In this document: piece after piece, positions 8,781 through 18,965 of the stretch
Layout: each line of letters starts with the position of its first letter
How positions within the stretch are numbered: position 1 is the first letter of the stretch
NCBI GenBank assembly: GCA_001784565.1
Contig: MFRL01000090.1
Location: forward strand, 6,378 to 70,377
Reading direction: 5' to 3'
Source of the DNA: Candidatus Melainabacteria bacterium GWF2_37_15
Lineage (GTDB): Bacteria; Cyanobacteriota; Vampirovibrionia; Gastranaerophilales; UBA9971
DNA: 64,000 nt
The notes under the pieces: generated by a model
The model's input: the letters and a program-made list of their open reading frames with translations, nothing else
What the model was told of the DNA's origin: nothing
Databases searched by the model: none
Translations under genes and position numbers: made by a program

Positions 8781-9545
8781 TTATACATGGGATTTTACAA
8801 AAGCGGAAGTTTTTAAATACTTAATTCCGATATAACTAGGAAGAATCAATAATAGCAAGGCTATTAGCGATATCTCATCTACTCTAAATAATTTGACTAT
8901 AAACAAAACAATAAAAACCAAATACAAAAAAACCATAAGATAGTCAACAGAAGCGGCTTTTGCCTTAATTTTAACCTCTTTATTAGCCAATTCAGGCTCA
9001 ATAATGGCAATTTCCGTACCGTAACTCAATTTTGCAAGCCGCCAAAAACCGAAAAATATGCCAAATATCAATAAAAAAAGTATATTTAATCCTATAAACG
9101 TAGAAATGAATACAACTACGCCTATATTAATTCCAGAAAATGACAATATAACGTTAAAATATATAATACTTAAAGCCAGAAGCAAGACAGTTGCTTTATA
9201 AGCAATACCAAATGGCAGGAAAGAGTGAAAATACTTATATAACTGCCACCGTATAGCCCTTATAAACTTGTCAGGCCTGGCTAGAAGTACGGCACTTAAG
9301 CCTGAAGAAAACAATATATATAACAAAAATGTTAATGTTGATAACAAGCCTATACTTAGCATTTGAAAAAATAATCTCGAATAATCCTTTTGCTGGTCAT
9401 ATATTACAGATTTTAACCAGTCGACAATACCTGCTTGCATGCCACTTAAAGAATATACCGTAAAGTATACTGCTAAAACAAAGGCTGTACCTATTAACAT
9501 AGTTAAAAAAAAGAGAGCAATAATTTTAAATATCCGGTGAATCAC
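8781..9545 (-). CDS. polytopic membrane protein, unknown function
   Basis: Several long hydrophobic segments. Start overlaps the upstream MshEN-like gene by 20 nt. Confidence 0.55.
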   Translation of the reverse strand: MIHRIFKIIALFFLTMLIGTAFVLAVYFTVYSLSGMQAGIVDWLKSVIYDQQKDYSRLFFQMLSIGLLSTLTFLLYILFSSGLSAVLLARPDKFIRAIRWQLYKYFHSFLPFGIAYKATVLLLALSIIYFNVILSFSGINIGVVVFISTFIGLNILFLLIFGIFFGFWRLAKLSYGTEIAIIEPELANKEVKIKAKAASVDYLMVFLYLVFIVLFIVKLFRVDEISLIALLLLILPSYIGIKYLKTSAFVKSHV

Positions 9546-9813
9546 CTTTGAGCCGTTCCAATTCGCTATAACTATCCTCTAACAATTTAGCAATATTGTT
9601 CTGCAAGGATAATAGCTCGACAAGCTCATTTTCAGAGATAAAACCTCTATCTATTAAAATCCGTCCAATGGGTGATTTTGTATTTTTTTGTCCTTCAAGT
9701 CCTTCTGCCAGCTGATAAATACTAATTTTTTTATGCTGCAGCAGAATTTCACCTATTTTAGGATGTACAATTAGGTTTTTTATTTGATCTAAGTCAATAT
9801 TTTTTTCTGACAT
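9526..9813 (-). CDS. stand-alone MshEN / T2SSE_N-like domain protein (possible c-di-GMP receptor)
   Basis: Two tandem 24-residue motifs, KIGEILLQHKKISIYQLAEGLEGQ and PIGRILIDRGFISENELVELLSLQ, are separated by exactly 5 residues. This matches the RLGxxLLxxGLIxxxxLxxxLxxQ repeat architecture. Confidence 0.6.
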   Translation of the reverse strand: MSEKNIDLDQIKNLIVHPKIGEILLQHKKISIYQLAEGLEGQKNTKSPIGRILIDRGFISENELVELLSLQNNIAKLLEDSYSELERLKGDSPDI

Positions 9814-9831
9814 TTATTACATCCTGTAAGT

Positions 9832-12309
9832 TTATACTTCAGAATCTGCTGATGTTCCGGCTTTTTGTACAGAATTTTTGCCTACGTTTTCAAAGGTAAT
9901 CTTCTTGCCATCAAGTTTAAGTTTAATGACATCGCCTTCTTTTGCAAGCCCACTCAGCATTTCTTCAGCCATGCAGTCTTCAATTGTTTTCTGGATAAGC
10001 CTTCTCAGTGGTCTTGCTCCGTATGTTGAGCTATATCCTTCTTTTGCAAGATGATCCTTAACTTCATCCGGAATATCAAGCACAATTTGCTGATGCTCAA
10101 GACGTTTAATAAGATCTTTAAGCATAACATCAACGATTTGCCTGATTTCATCCTTGGTGAGGTGAGAGAATACGATTATATCGTCAAGCCTGTTGAGGAA
10201 TTCAGGACGGAATGCTTTTTTCATTTCCTCCATGACGACATCTTTCATTTTTTCGTATCTGTCTTTATCCTCATCATTAGCAACAGTAAATCCAAGTTTA
10301 TTTGAATGTTCAATACTTCTTGCGCCAACGTTGCTTGTCAGGATAATAATTGTGTTTTTAAAGTTTACAACACGGCCTCTGGAATCCGTAAGTCTTCCAT
10401 CATCAAGTATTTGAAGCAGCATGTTGAAAACGTCAGGATGTGCTTTCTCGATTTCATCAAACAAGACGAGTGAATATGGCTTTGTCCTAACTTGTTCTGT
10501 AAGCTGTCCGCCTTCATTAAAGCCTACATAGCCTGGAGGAGAACCAATTAATTTACTTACAGAATGTTTTTCCATATATTCGGACATGTCTATTCTGATA
10601 ATATTATCTTCTGAGCCAAATACAGCTTCGGAAAGTGCTTTAGCCAATTCTGTTTTACCAACACCTGTAGGTCCGCAGAATGCAAAACTTCCAACCGGCC
10701 TGTTAGGGCTCTTAAGACCAACACGTGCTCGTCTAATAGCTTTAGATATTGCCACAACAGCAGAATGCTGCCCTATGACACGTTTATGAAGAATTTCTTC
10801 AAGCTTCATAAGCCGCTCAGTTTCTGTCTGTGTGAGTTTTGTAACTGGTATACCTGTCCATGTACTAATAATTTCAGCTATTTCTTCTTCTGTAACAACA
10901 GCTTTATTAGCTTCCTGTTCAGATTTCCATTTCTGTGCGATATCTCTGATTTTATCTTTAAGCTCAGCCTCTGTATCTCTTAACTGGCTAGCTTTTTCAA
11001 ATTCCTGGTTTCTGATTGCTTGTTCTTTTTGTTTAATAACAGCCTTAAGCTCTTTTTCAACTTCTTTTCCTTCAGGTGGTAAAGAACTTGCCCTGAGCCT
11101 GACTCGTGAACTGGCTTCATCAATAAGATCAATAGCTTTATCAGGCAGGAACCTGTCTGTGATAAATCTGTCAGATAATTTTGCTGCTGCTTCTATTGCG
11201 CTATCAGAAATAATAAGCTTATGATGCTCTTCATATTTTTGTCTTAAGCCTCTCATAATCTCAATAGTTTCATCAACAGAAGGCTGTTCTACATATATAG
11301 GCTGGAACCTACGCTCAAGCGCAGCATCTTTTTCAACGTGCTTTCTGTATTCATCAACTGTGGTAGAGCCAATTACCTGCAATTCGCCTCTTGAAAGTAC
11401 AGGTTTAAGTATATTTGCAGCATCAATAGCACCCTCAGCCGCACCAGCGCCTATAAGAGTGTGCATTTCGTCTATAAGAAGGATAACATTACCTGCTCCT
11501 CTTATTTCATCCATTATTTTTTTAAGCCGTTCTTCAAATTCGCCTCTGTATTTGGTTCCTGCAACAAGTAAGCCCATATCCAGCTGGATAAGACGTTTAT
11601 CTTCAAGCTGTTCAGGTACTTCATTATTAACAATTCTTATTGCAAGTCCTTCAGCAATAGCAGTTTTACCAACACCCGGCTCACCTATAAGCACAGGATT
11701 ATTCTTGGTTCTTCTGCCTAATATCTGTATAAGTCTTTCGATTTCCTTTTCTCTTCCAACAACAGGATCAAGGCGTTGCTCCTGAGCTGCCTGAGTAAGG
11801 TTTGTTCCAAATTCATCAACAGTCGGTGTTTTGCTTCTGCCTCCGGCTGTAGTAGCTGTAGGTGCACCAGTGCGTGTCTCCCCAAGCATTCTGATAACGT
11901 TGCTTCTTACTTTATTTAAGTCAACGCCTAAATTTTCAAGAATTCTTGTGGCTACGCCTTCTCCTTCCCGTATCAAACCGAGGAGCAGATGTTCTGTACC
12001 GATATAATTATGACCAAGCTGTCTAGCTTCATCCCATGACAGTTCAAGTACACGTTTTGCTCTGGGAGTGAAAGGAATTTCCACGGCAACAAAACCTGAG
12101 CCGCGGCCAATAATCTTTTCTACCTCTACTCTTGCATCTTTAAGGTTTACACCCATTGCTTTAAGAGTTTTTGCAGCAATGCCTGTGCCTTCCCCGATTA
12201 AGCCGAGGAGGATCTGTTCAGTGCCAACAAAGTTATGGCCTAGTCTCCTGGCCTCTTCCTGGGCCAGCATTATTACTTTAATAGCTTTTTCTGTAAATCT
12301 TTCGAACAT
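9832..12309 (-). CDS. clpC: ATP-dependent Clp protease ATP-binding subunit ClpC
   Basis: Two Clp_N repeats, two AAA+ modules ([24 protein letters not shown]) and a UVR-like linker. 825 aa. Confidence 0.95.
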   Translation of the reverse strand: MFERFTEKAIKVIMLAQEEARRLGHNFVGTEQILLGLIGEGTGIAAKTLKAMGVNLKDARVEVEKIIGRGSGFVAVEIPFTPRAKRVLELSWDEARQLGHNYIGTEHLLLGLIREGEGVATRILENLGVDLNKVRSNVIRMLGETRTGAPTATTAGGRSKTPTVDEFGTNLTQAAQEQRLDPVVGREKEIERLIQILGRRTKNNPVLIGEPGVGKTAIAEGLAIRIVNNEVPEQLEDKRLIQLDMGLLVAGTKYRGEFEERLKKIMDEIRGAGNVILLIDEMHTLIGAGAAEGAIDAANILKPVLSRGELQVIGSTTVDEYRKHVEKDAALERRFQPIYVEQPSVDETIEIMRGLRQKYEEHHKLIISDSAIEAAAKLSDRFITDRFLPDKAIDLIDEASSRVRLRASSLPPEGKEVEKELKAVIKQKEQAIRNQEFEKASQLRDTEAELKDKIRDIAQKWKSEQEANKAVVTEEEIAEIISTWTGIPVTKLTQTETERLMKLEEILHKRVIGQHSAVVAISKAIRRARVGLKSPNRPVGSFAFCGPTGVGKTELAKALSEAVFGSEDNIIRIDMSEYMEKHSVSKLIGSPPGYVGFNEGGQLTEQVRTKPYSLVLFDEIEKAHPDVFNMLLQILDDGRLTDSRGRVVNFKNTIIILTSNVGARSIEHSNKLGFTVANDEDKDRYEKMKDVVMEEMKKAFRPEFLNRLDDIIVFSHLTKDEIRQIVDVMLKDLIKRLEHQQIVLDIPDEVKDHLAKEGYSSTYGARPLRRLIQKTIEDCMAEEMLSGLAKEGDVIKLKLDGKKITFENVGKNSVQKAGTSADSEV

Positions 12310-12455
12310 TATTCTTTCCTATAATCTAATTTTACAATTGATATTAATAATCGGCAATAATTTTAATTTGCTTGATATATTATCCAACTCCTCATAATTT
12401 ATAAGACCTTCAAAACTCCTGTTTGTTTCATTTTACCTCAATTATTTCAATATAA

Positions 12456-13565
12456 CTAACTGCTTCTTGTATAAACCCTCGGCAGTCTAACCCGTAAACG
12501 GCATGCTATTTCATAATTTATTGTATTTAATTTTTCTGCCCAGTCACTTATTGGTATACATTCCCCATCAGCCGCACCTAATAGCGTTATTATATCTCCT
12601 GTTTTTATATCATTAATGCCAGTCACATCAAACATCATCTGATCCATAGTTATGTTACCGACCTGCTTTACCTTACGGCCTTTTACTATTCCATAAATCT
12701 TGTTAGAAAGGTTCCTGGAAACTCCATCCGCATATCCTATAGGAATAGTAGCTATCTTAGCATTTTTTTTCGTGATAAAGCTGTATTCGTAACTTATTCC
12801 GCAATCGGGCACAAGTTCTTTTATATGAGTAATCCGTCCTTTCAAGCTCATCACCTGCTTAAATCCCGGCACTAAACCGTATATTCCTATTCCTGCCCTT
12901 ACAACATCATAATGCAGTTCTTTATAAGCCAACATGCCGGCAGTATTAACAAGATGTATTTTATATTTATCTGTATTTTCAACCTTATTAATAACATTTT
13001 GAAAAAGAGTATTTTGTTTCATTGTAATTTGTTTATTTTCCGCACATGCAAGATGTGAAAAAATACCTTCAAGCTGTATTTCTTCAATACTGGCTACCTC
13101 TTTAATAAATGCAGGCGCGTCGTCGCAGGAAATACCTATCCGGTGCATACCAGTATCAACTTTAATATGAACACATGGCTTCTTTTTTAGCTTTTTGTAA
13201 GCATAAATACAGGCATTAACATGCTCGCGTGTAAAAATAGAAACAATAATATCGTTTTCAACTGCTGAAGTAATTGCCCACTCAGGTGTTACACCAAGAA
13301 CAATAATAGGCAGGGTTATACCGCCCTTTCTTAATTCTATACCCTCGTCAACTGAAGCAACCCCGAGCATATCAACTCCTGATGCTACAAGCGTCGGAGT
13401 AATCATCGAGGAACCATGGCCATAAGCGTCAGCTTTTACTACAGCCAAAATTTTTGTACCAGGAGACACACAGTTTTTTATAATTTTTATATTCTGCTCA
13501 ATACAACCAAGGTCGATTTCAACCCAGGCATCGCGGCGTGTTTGTACTATCGGAATTCTTGGCAT
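12456..13565 (-). CDS. alr: alanine racemase
   Basis: PLP site AVVKADAYGHG and a C-terminal beta domain. Confidence 0.93.
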   Translation of the reverse strand: MPRIPIVQTRRDAWVEIDLGCIEQNIKIIKNCVSPGTKILAVVKADAYGHGSSMITPTLVASGVDMLGVASVDEGIELRKGGITLPIIVLGVTPEWAITSAVENDIIVSIFTREHVNACIYAYKKLKKKPCVHIKVDTGMHRIGISCDDAPAFIKEVASIEEIQLEGIFSHLACAENKQITMKQNTLFQNVINKVENTDKYKIHLVNTAGMLAYKELHYDVVRAGIGIYGLVPGFKQVMSLKGRITHIKELVPDCGISYEYSFITKKNAKIATIPIGYADGVSRNLSNKIYGIVKGRKVKQVGNITMDQMMFDVTGINDIKTGDIITLLGAADGECIPISDWAEKLNTINYEIACRLRVRLPRVYTRSS

Positions 13566-13675
13566 GATTTGCTTATTATAACATTACTATAATAAAATAT
13601 TGACTTTTAACTATTTTTATTTAAATATTATATCCAAGGATATCCATGTTGAATTCAAGAAAAGGAGAAAAATTT

Positions 13676-13999
13676 ATGGTTAACAGCGTAAAAAATCAAC
13701 CGACATTTGGAGGTGCGTTTGGTGAGAGATTATTCCAAGCTACTCAAAAGATTACTAAAATAGGTGCAAATGATACTCTTGACAAATTTTTTATAAGAGG
13801 TGGTAGTATTTCTCCTCAAGAAACAGAAGAATTTGGTGGTATAGTCGATACTCTTGTAAAAGTAGGATCAAAAAATGACAAGCTTGATAGCCAAAGTGCT
13901 GTAATAGCTAGATCATTAGCTAAACATATGGTAGAAGTAAAAAAAGAACAACCCTGGAAGCCAATTCTAGACAAATTAACTCAATTCTTAAGTAATTAA
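13676..13999 (+). CDS. small hypothetical protein, paralogue A
   Basis: Start moved to the ATG at 13676 (AAAGGAGA 6 nt upstream). Paralogous to the next ORF: G.(R/K)LF.AT.K, I.P.E...F, VDT...G..ND. Confidence 0.55.
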   Translation: MVNSVKNQPTFGGAFGERLFQATQKITKIGANDTLDKFFIRGGSISPQETEEFGGIVDTLVKVGSKNDKLDSQSAVIARSLAKHMVEVKKEQPWKPILDKLTQFLSN

Positions 14000-14019
14000 C
14001 AAGTTTTATAACTAATAAT

Positions 14020-14370
14020 GTGAAAAACAAACCTGCATTGTTTTCCAATGCAGGTTTAAAATTATTTAAAGCTACTGATAAATTTTTTGGCATAATAACA
14101 GCAGGTTATGCCCATCCTGAATTAAAATCTATAACACTTTACCGGTTTTTAACAAGGATACCGTATGGAATTCCCGCCAAGGAACAACAAAAATTTAAAA
14201 ACGCAGTAGATACTTTTATAGCTAAAGGTAAAAATGGTGACTGTGAGGATGACACATACGGCAAAGAAGCTTATCGAATTCTTGAGCATCTTGCAAAAGG
14301 AGATGAGTCACTTGAGCCAATTACTAAAAAATTACATTACAAACTTCTAGAAATTTTATTTAACGGTTAA
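14020..14370 (+). CDS. small hypothetical protein, paralogue B (GTG start, no SD)
   Basis: Alignable to paralogue A from the first residues (VKNQPTFGGAFGERLFQATQK vs MKNKPALFSNAGLKLFKATDK). Confidence 0.45.
   Translation: MKNKPALFSNAGLKLFKATDKFFGIITAGYAHPELKSITLYRFLTRIPYGIPAKEQQKFKNAVDTFIAKGKNGDCEDDTYGKEAYRILEHLAKGDESLEPITKKLHYKLLEILFNG
14029..14057 (+). promoter_or_regulatory. perfect 12-bp hairpin covering codons 4-13 of paralogue B
   Basis: AAACCTGCATTG-TTTTC-CAATGCAGGTTT, 30 nt after the stop of paralogue A. Paralogue A has no equivalent structure. Confidence 0.4.
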
Positions 14371-14380
14371 AATATAGTTT

Positions 14381-15157
14381 ATGACAACTATAAAAATTCA
14401 AAAAAACGCCCCTGTTGGCGAAATAATACTTAACAGCCCTGAAACACTCAATCTCATCGAAGAGGATACATTTCAAGCTATAAATCAAGCTCTTACATCA
14501 TTTGAAAATGATAACGAAATTAAAGTTGTTTTATTAAAAGCAATTTGCGGAGTATCAAAGAAAACAGGCAAAAAAATATTCTCCGCAGGCGTAAATCTGA
14601 ACAACTATGAACAAAAATTTGAATTATTGGAAAAGAACCCTGCAAAATTCAGGGAAAACCTGATTAAAAACAGGGAATTACCTGACAGAATAGAGAAATT
14701 TACAAAGCCGATTGTTATAGGAATCGATGGTCTTCTAATAGGCGGTTTCTTTGAACTTGCACTGGCATGTGATGTTATTCTGGCATCAACCGATGCTGTA
14801 TTCAGCTTAAACGAAGTAAATTTAGGTTTAATTCCAGGTTATGGCGGGATCTATAGACTGTTAAGACTCATAGGAAAAAACAAAGCATACGAAATAATCA
14901 CAACAGGCAGGCAAATATTACCTGATGAAGCATTAATGCTGGGTATAGTTACAAAGATACTTCCTGAAGAGGAATTCTTAAATTATTGTAATAGCCTTGC
15001 ATCCAAACCGTATATTTCCTTACAGCTTGTAAAAGACACAATGAGAAGGATTATAGAAGGCAAAGATGCCGATGAAATAGAAGTTAGAAACTTCATGAAG
15101 GCTGCTTATTCCGAGCAGGCAAGGCAGAAAATCATGGCGTTTATTGATAAAACATAA
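14381..15157 (+). CDS. enoyl-CoA hydratase/isomerase (crotonase) family protein
   Basis: Crotonase fold pattern: FSAGVNL, IDGLLIGGFFELALACD, GLIPGYGG. Confidence 0.85.
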   Translation: MTTIKIQKNAPVGEIILNSPETLNLIEEDTFQAINQALTSFENDNEIKVVLLKAICGVSKKTGKKIFSAGVNLNNYEQKFELLEKNPAKFRENLIKNRELPDRIEKFTKPIVIGIDGLLIGGFFELALACDVILASTDAVFSLNEVNLGLIPGYGGIYRLLRLIGKNKAYEIITTGRQILPDEALMLGIVTKILPEEEFLNYCNSLASKPYISLQLVKDTMRRIIEGKDADEIEVRNFMKAAYSEQARQKIMAFIDKT

Positions 15158-15168
15158 TATCTCTCATT

Positions 15169-15253
15169 GTCACCGCGCACTTGATGCGCGATCTAGCTAA
15201 CTAACAACTCCAAGCGTCATCTTGAGCGAGGGCGAAGCCCGAGTCGAAAGATC
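15169..15253. repeat. two adjacent GC-rich REP-like elements (copies B and C)
   Basis: Copy B is GTCACCGCGCACTTGATGCGCGATCTAGC, with the same frame as copy A but a stem showing compensatory changes. Copy C is GTCATCTTGAGCGAGGGCGAAGCCCGAGTCGAAAGATC. Confidence 0.6.
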
Positions 15254-15361
15254 TTATTACCACTTTTTTTGTAAATTTTATGTAATATTCTTTATCTTAA
15301 AGAGCAATTTTTATTTTTAGGGTGGTTTATGTATGTGTAGTTAAAAAATAAGGAGAAAGTT

Positions 15362-15790
15362 ATGTTAAATACAAATTATGCCTGTAATACAACGTGTAAT
15401 AATAAAAATAATAATGTTTATTTTAAAGCAGATTTACCTCATAAAGAAAGAATGGAAGTTATGAGAAAACTTCAAAATTTACCTTCAATGTTTGATGTGC
15501 AAAAAGTTGCTATAGATATAGGTTTTGATCCTGACAATATACTAGCGCCAAGTACCAGTGATAGTTATAATAAGCGTTGTTTTGCTGTGGAGTTAACTAC
15601 GTATAGTAACCATAGAGGAATGGACACACAATTAAAAGATGCTGTAAATAAAGTTCAAACAGAAGCTCAAGAAAGAAACAAAATTTTAAAAGAAGATTTA
15701 ACAAAAGTAGTTAATTCAACAGATCAATTAGGACTAAGAGCTCCTACTATTCAATTTTTAAGCCAAACTCTTGGCAATCTGGAAAAATAA
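15362..15790 (+). CDS. hypothetical protein
   Basis: AAGGAGAAAGTT precedes the ATG. No recognisable domain. Confidence 0.5.
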   Translation: MLNTNYACNTTCNNKNNNVYFKADLPHKERMEVMRKLQNLPSMFDVQKVAIDIGFDPDNILAPSTSDSYNKRCFAVELTTYSNHRGMDTQLKDAVNKVQTEAQERNKILKEDLTKVVNSTDQLGLRAPTIQFLSQTLGNLEK

Positions 15791-15794
15791 ATTT

Positions 15795-17603
15795 TTATCT
15801 ATTCTTAGCCTCGCTAACTAAATTACTGATAACCTCATCAATAGACTGCACTCCGGCCTGGCCTTTGCGGGTTCTGACTGCCACAGCATTAGCTTCTATT
15901 TCCTTATCGCCGATTACAAGCATATAAAATATCTTGCTGTTCTGCGCATCACGGATTTTACTGTTCATGCTTTCGCTTCTGTCATCCAGTTCAACCCTTA
16001 AACCGGCTTCCTTCATCCTGTTATAAACTGATTCTGCAAATTCGATATGTCTATCAGCAATAGGAATAAGTACTGCCTGAACCGGAGCGAGCCATAGTGG
16101 GAAAGCACCGGCGTAATGCTCTGTTAATGCACCAACAAACCGCTCCATAGAACCAAAAATTACCCTGTGGAGCATAACCGGTGTCTGCAGGCTGCCGTCT
16201 TTTTCAGTGTATTTAAGGTCAAACCTTGAAGGCAGGTTGAAATCAAGCTGGATAGTGGCTGCCTGCCATGTCCTGCCGATTGCATCCTTGAGTTTGAAGT
16301 CTATTTTAGGGCCATAAAATGCGCCGTCGCCTTCATTTATCTGGTATTCAATGCCTTTTTGCTCAAGTGCCTGCTTTAAGCCTGCTTCAGCTTTATCCCA
16401 GTTTTCTATTTCACCTACAAATTTTTCAGGCCTTGTGGACAATTCAACCTCATATGTCAGGCCAAAAATCTTCATTGTATAGTCAACCAGGTCAATCACA
16501 TTGTGGATTTCACTGACAAATTGGTCTTGAGTACAAAATATATGCGCATCGTCCTGTGTAAAACCACGTACTCTAGAAAGCCCATGCAGGGTTCCGGAGC
16601 GTTCTTTCCTGTAAACTGTTCCAAGTTCTGCCATTCGTATTGGTAAATTTCTGTAGCTATATCTTCTGGATTTATAAATTAGCATATGAAAGGGGCAATT
16701 CATCGGCTTGAGCACATAATCTTTATCCTCTTCCACATTAAGGTAATACATATTGTCATCATAAAACCCTGTATGCCCTGATATATCCCACAACTGCTTC
16801 TTGGCAATATGCGGGGTGTTAACTATCACATAGCCACGTTTTCTGTGTTCAGAACGCCAGTAGTTTTCTATCTGTTCTCGCACAAAAGCAAGGTTAGGGT
16901 GCCATAAAACCAACCCCGGCCCAACTTCATCCTTTATACTGAATAATTCAAGCTGATTGGATAGTTTTCTATGGTCTCTTTTTTCTGCTTCTTCAAGGAA
17001 AGTAAGATAAGCTTTAAGATCATCTTTTGCCCAAAACGCTGTAGCATAAATCCTCTGGAGCATTTTATTCTTTTCGTCGCCTCTCCAATATGCTCCTGCT
17101 GTGTTTAATAATTTAAAAGCCTTAATATATTTTGTTTCAGGTATATGCGGCCCACGGCATAAGTCATTCCATACAGCTTTTCCATCCACACTGCAAACGT
17201 AAAGTGTGGGATTTTGCTGGGCGTATTCCATAAGTAGTTCAGCCTTATATACCTCACCTCTTAGATTAAAATCCGTTAGCTGTTCCTGAACATTCTTTAT
17301 TACCTGCTTTTCAACCTTCTGGTTTTCCTTGATGATTTTCTGCATTTCTTCTTCGATTTTAGGCAGATCGTCCATATTCAGGGAATGGTCAGGTATATCA
17401 AAATCATAATAAAAACCATTCTCAATTGTTGGGCCAATAGCTATTTTAGCGTTAGGGAAAAGCCTCTGCACTGCCTGCGCCATTACGTGCGCAGTAGTAT
17501 GCCGCAATATATCAAGTGCTTCCCTGTCGCTATAGTTCAGCTCTTTATTTTCATTTGATTCTATTTCAACGGAATTACCGTGAGGCAGGTTTATTTTTAT
17601 CAT
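15795..17603 (-). CDS. thrS: threonine--tRNA ligase (short N-terminus)
   Basis: Editing-domain HTTAHVMAQAV, class II catalytic core (RVRGFTQDDAHIF) and a C-terminal anticodon-binding domain. Confidence 0.95.
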   Translation of the reverse strand: MIKINLPHGNSVEIESNENKELNYSDREALDILRHTTAHVMAQAVQRLFPNAKIAIGPTIENGFYYDFDIPDHSLNMDDLPKIEEEMQKIIKENQKVEKQVIKNVQEQLTDFNLRGEVYKAELLMEYAQQNPTLYVCSVDGKAVWNDLCRGPHIPETKYIKAFKLLNTAGAYWRGDEKNKMLQRIYATAFWAKDDLKAYLTFLEEAEKRDHRKLSNQLELFSIKDEVGPGLVLWHPNLAFVREQIENYWRSEHRKRGYVIVNTPHIAKKQLWDISGHTGFYDDNMYYLNVEEDKDYVLKPMNCPFHMLIYKSRRYSYRNLPIRMAELGTVYRKERSGTLHGLSRVRGFTQDDAHIFCTQDQFVSEIHNVIDLVDYTMKIFGLTYEVELSTRPEKFVGEIENWDKAEAGLKQALEQKGIEYQINEGDGAFYGPKIDFKLKDAIGRTWQAATIQLDFNLPSRFDLKYTEKDGSLQTPVMLHRVIFGSMERFVGALTEHYAGAFPLWLAPVQAVLIPIADRHIEFAESVYNRMKEAGLRVELDDRSESMNSKIRDAQNSKIFYMLVIGDKEIEANAVAVRTRKGQAGVQSIDEVISNLVSEAKNR

Positions 17604-18283
17604 TTGCTTGCTTCCTTAATATGCTCGATCCTGTTATTATACTCCTTCAAGATAAACTCATAAAACTTATCCGACACGGCAGGATTTTTATTCCATTTTT
17701 CGGCAACTTTGATAAAAAACTGCTTTTCATAATTGTTAATTATGGCATCTTCAACATACTGAGCTTCATACATACTGTAATCTTCGTGAGTCATTGGCCT
17801 GGAGCAGATATCCTGCACAGGGTCATCAGTAATTCTTTTGTGTTTCTTATCAAGAATAAGATGCGGGTCCTGTATAACAACATTTCTTACATTTTCATCG
17901 TAAGTAGCGGGCCATGCCCTACAGTTAATCGGTCTTATGCCATAAACTCCACAGCGACCGATTATGCCTGATAATTCTTCTGAACCAAGCGCATCAGCGC
18001 TCCATTCTTGAAGGAACATACATTTTGACGTGCCGGGGTAATACTTGCTCTCATTGAATTTCATTACAAGTACAAAGTAGTTTTCCTGCCCGCTATCTGT
18101 AAATATAAACATAGGTTCTTTACCTTTTAACTGCTCAATTTCTTCACCCTCTACTTTTCTAACAGAAGTAAAAAAATTGATATCAACCTTTAAGGTATTA
18201 CAGATCCTAATAATATCACTGCCCCAGAGATAAGGGTTATATCTGCGGCAGCATCCTGCATGACAGGCTTTACACAGTTCCAT
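17600..18283 (-). CDS. YkgJ/UPF0153-like Cys-cluster protein, tandem copy 3 of 3
   Basis: MELCKACHAGCCRRY, C.FL and RCGVYGIRPINCRAWP. Start set to MELCK (AGGAG 9 nt upstream). The track start at 18310 is the alternative. Confidence 0.7.
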   Translation of the reverse strand: MELCKACHAGCCRRYNPYLWGSDIIRICNTLKVDINFFTSVRKVEGEEIEQLKGKEPMFIFTDSGQENYFVLVMKFNESKYYPGTSKCMFLQEWSADALGSEELSGIIGRCGVYGIRPINCRAWPATYDENVRNVVIQDPHLILDKKHKRITDDPVQDICSRPMTHEDYSMYEAQYVEDAIINNYEKQFFIKVAEKWNKNPAVSDKFYEFILKEYNNRIEHIKEASK

Positions 18284-18965
18284 AAACCACTTCTCCTTTA
18301 ATATACTCAATTCTATTATTATATTCTTTAACTAAAAATTTATAGAAATTATCTGATATATCTGGATTTTTATTCCATTTTTCAGCAACTTTGAGGAAGA
18401 ACTGTTTTTCATGATGGTTAATTATAGAATCCTCAATATATTGCGCTTCAAAGTTGATGTAATCCTGATGAGTCAGGGTATTTTTACATATATCAAGAGC
18501 AGGACTATCACTTGTTCTTTTATGCTTCTTTTCAAGAATCAAATGCGGGTCTCTTATCACGATATTTTGTGTTTCTTCCTCATACCCCGCTGGCCATGCC
18601 CTGCAAGTTACCGGCCTTATGCCGTAAATTCCACATCGACCGATTATGCCCGATAATTCTTCAGATCCAAGCGCATCAGCGCTCCATTCCTGTAAAAATA
18701 TACATTTTAACGTGTCAGGGTAATATTTGCTTTCATTAGATTTTAAAATAAGTATAAAATATTCTTCTTTTCCGCTGTCTGTAAAAATAAACAGCGGATC
18801 TTTGCCTTTTAAATTTTCTATTTTATCTTCTTCTATATGATAAGCGTATGTAAAGAAACTTATATCCACCTTTAAGGCATTACAAATCTTTATTATATCA
18901 CTGCCCCAGAGATGAATGTTATATCTGCGGCAGCACCCCCCCTGGCAGGTTTTACATTGCTCCAT
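18270..18965 (-). CDS. YkgJ/UPF0153-like Cys-cluster protein, tandem copy 2 of 3
   Basis: MEQCKTCQGGCCRRY with the same cysteine pattern. Start set to MEQCK by analogy with copy 1. Confidence 0.7.
   Translation of the reverse strand: MEQCKTCQGGCCRRYNIHLWGSDIIKICNALKVDISFFTYAYHIEEDKIENLKGKDPLFIFTDSGKEEYFILILKSNESKYYPDTLKCIFLQEWSADALGSEELSGIIGRCGIYGIRPVTCRAWPAGYEEETQNIVIRDPHLILEKKHKRTSDSPALDICKNTLTHQDYINFEAQYIEDSIINHHEKQFFLKVAEKWNKNPDISDNFYKFLVKEYNNRIEYIKGEVVYGTV

Noticed and set aside
10832-11224. Antisense ORFs inside long genes (for example 10832..11224 and 11360..11785 in clpC, 6736..7218 in ctp, 27954..28571 and 28929..29396 in ade, 59743..60180 in the FkbM gene, 19911..20405 in tyrA)
   Set aside because: These are shadow ORFs opposite strongly supported conserved genes. 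They have Ser/Leu/Ile-rich composition and lack SDs.
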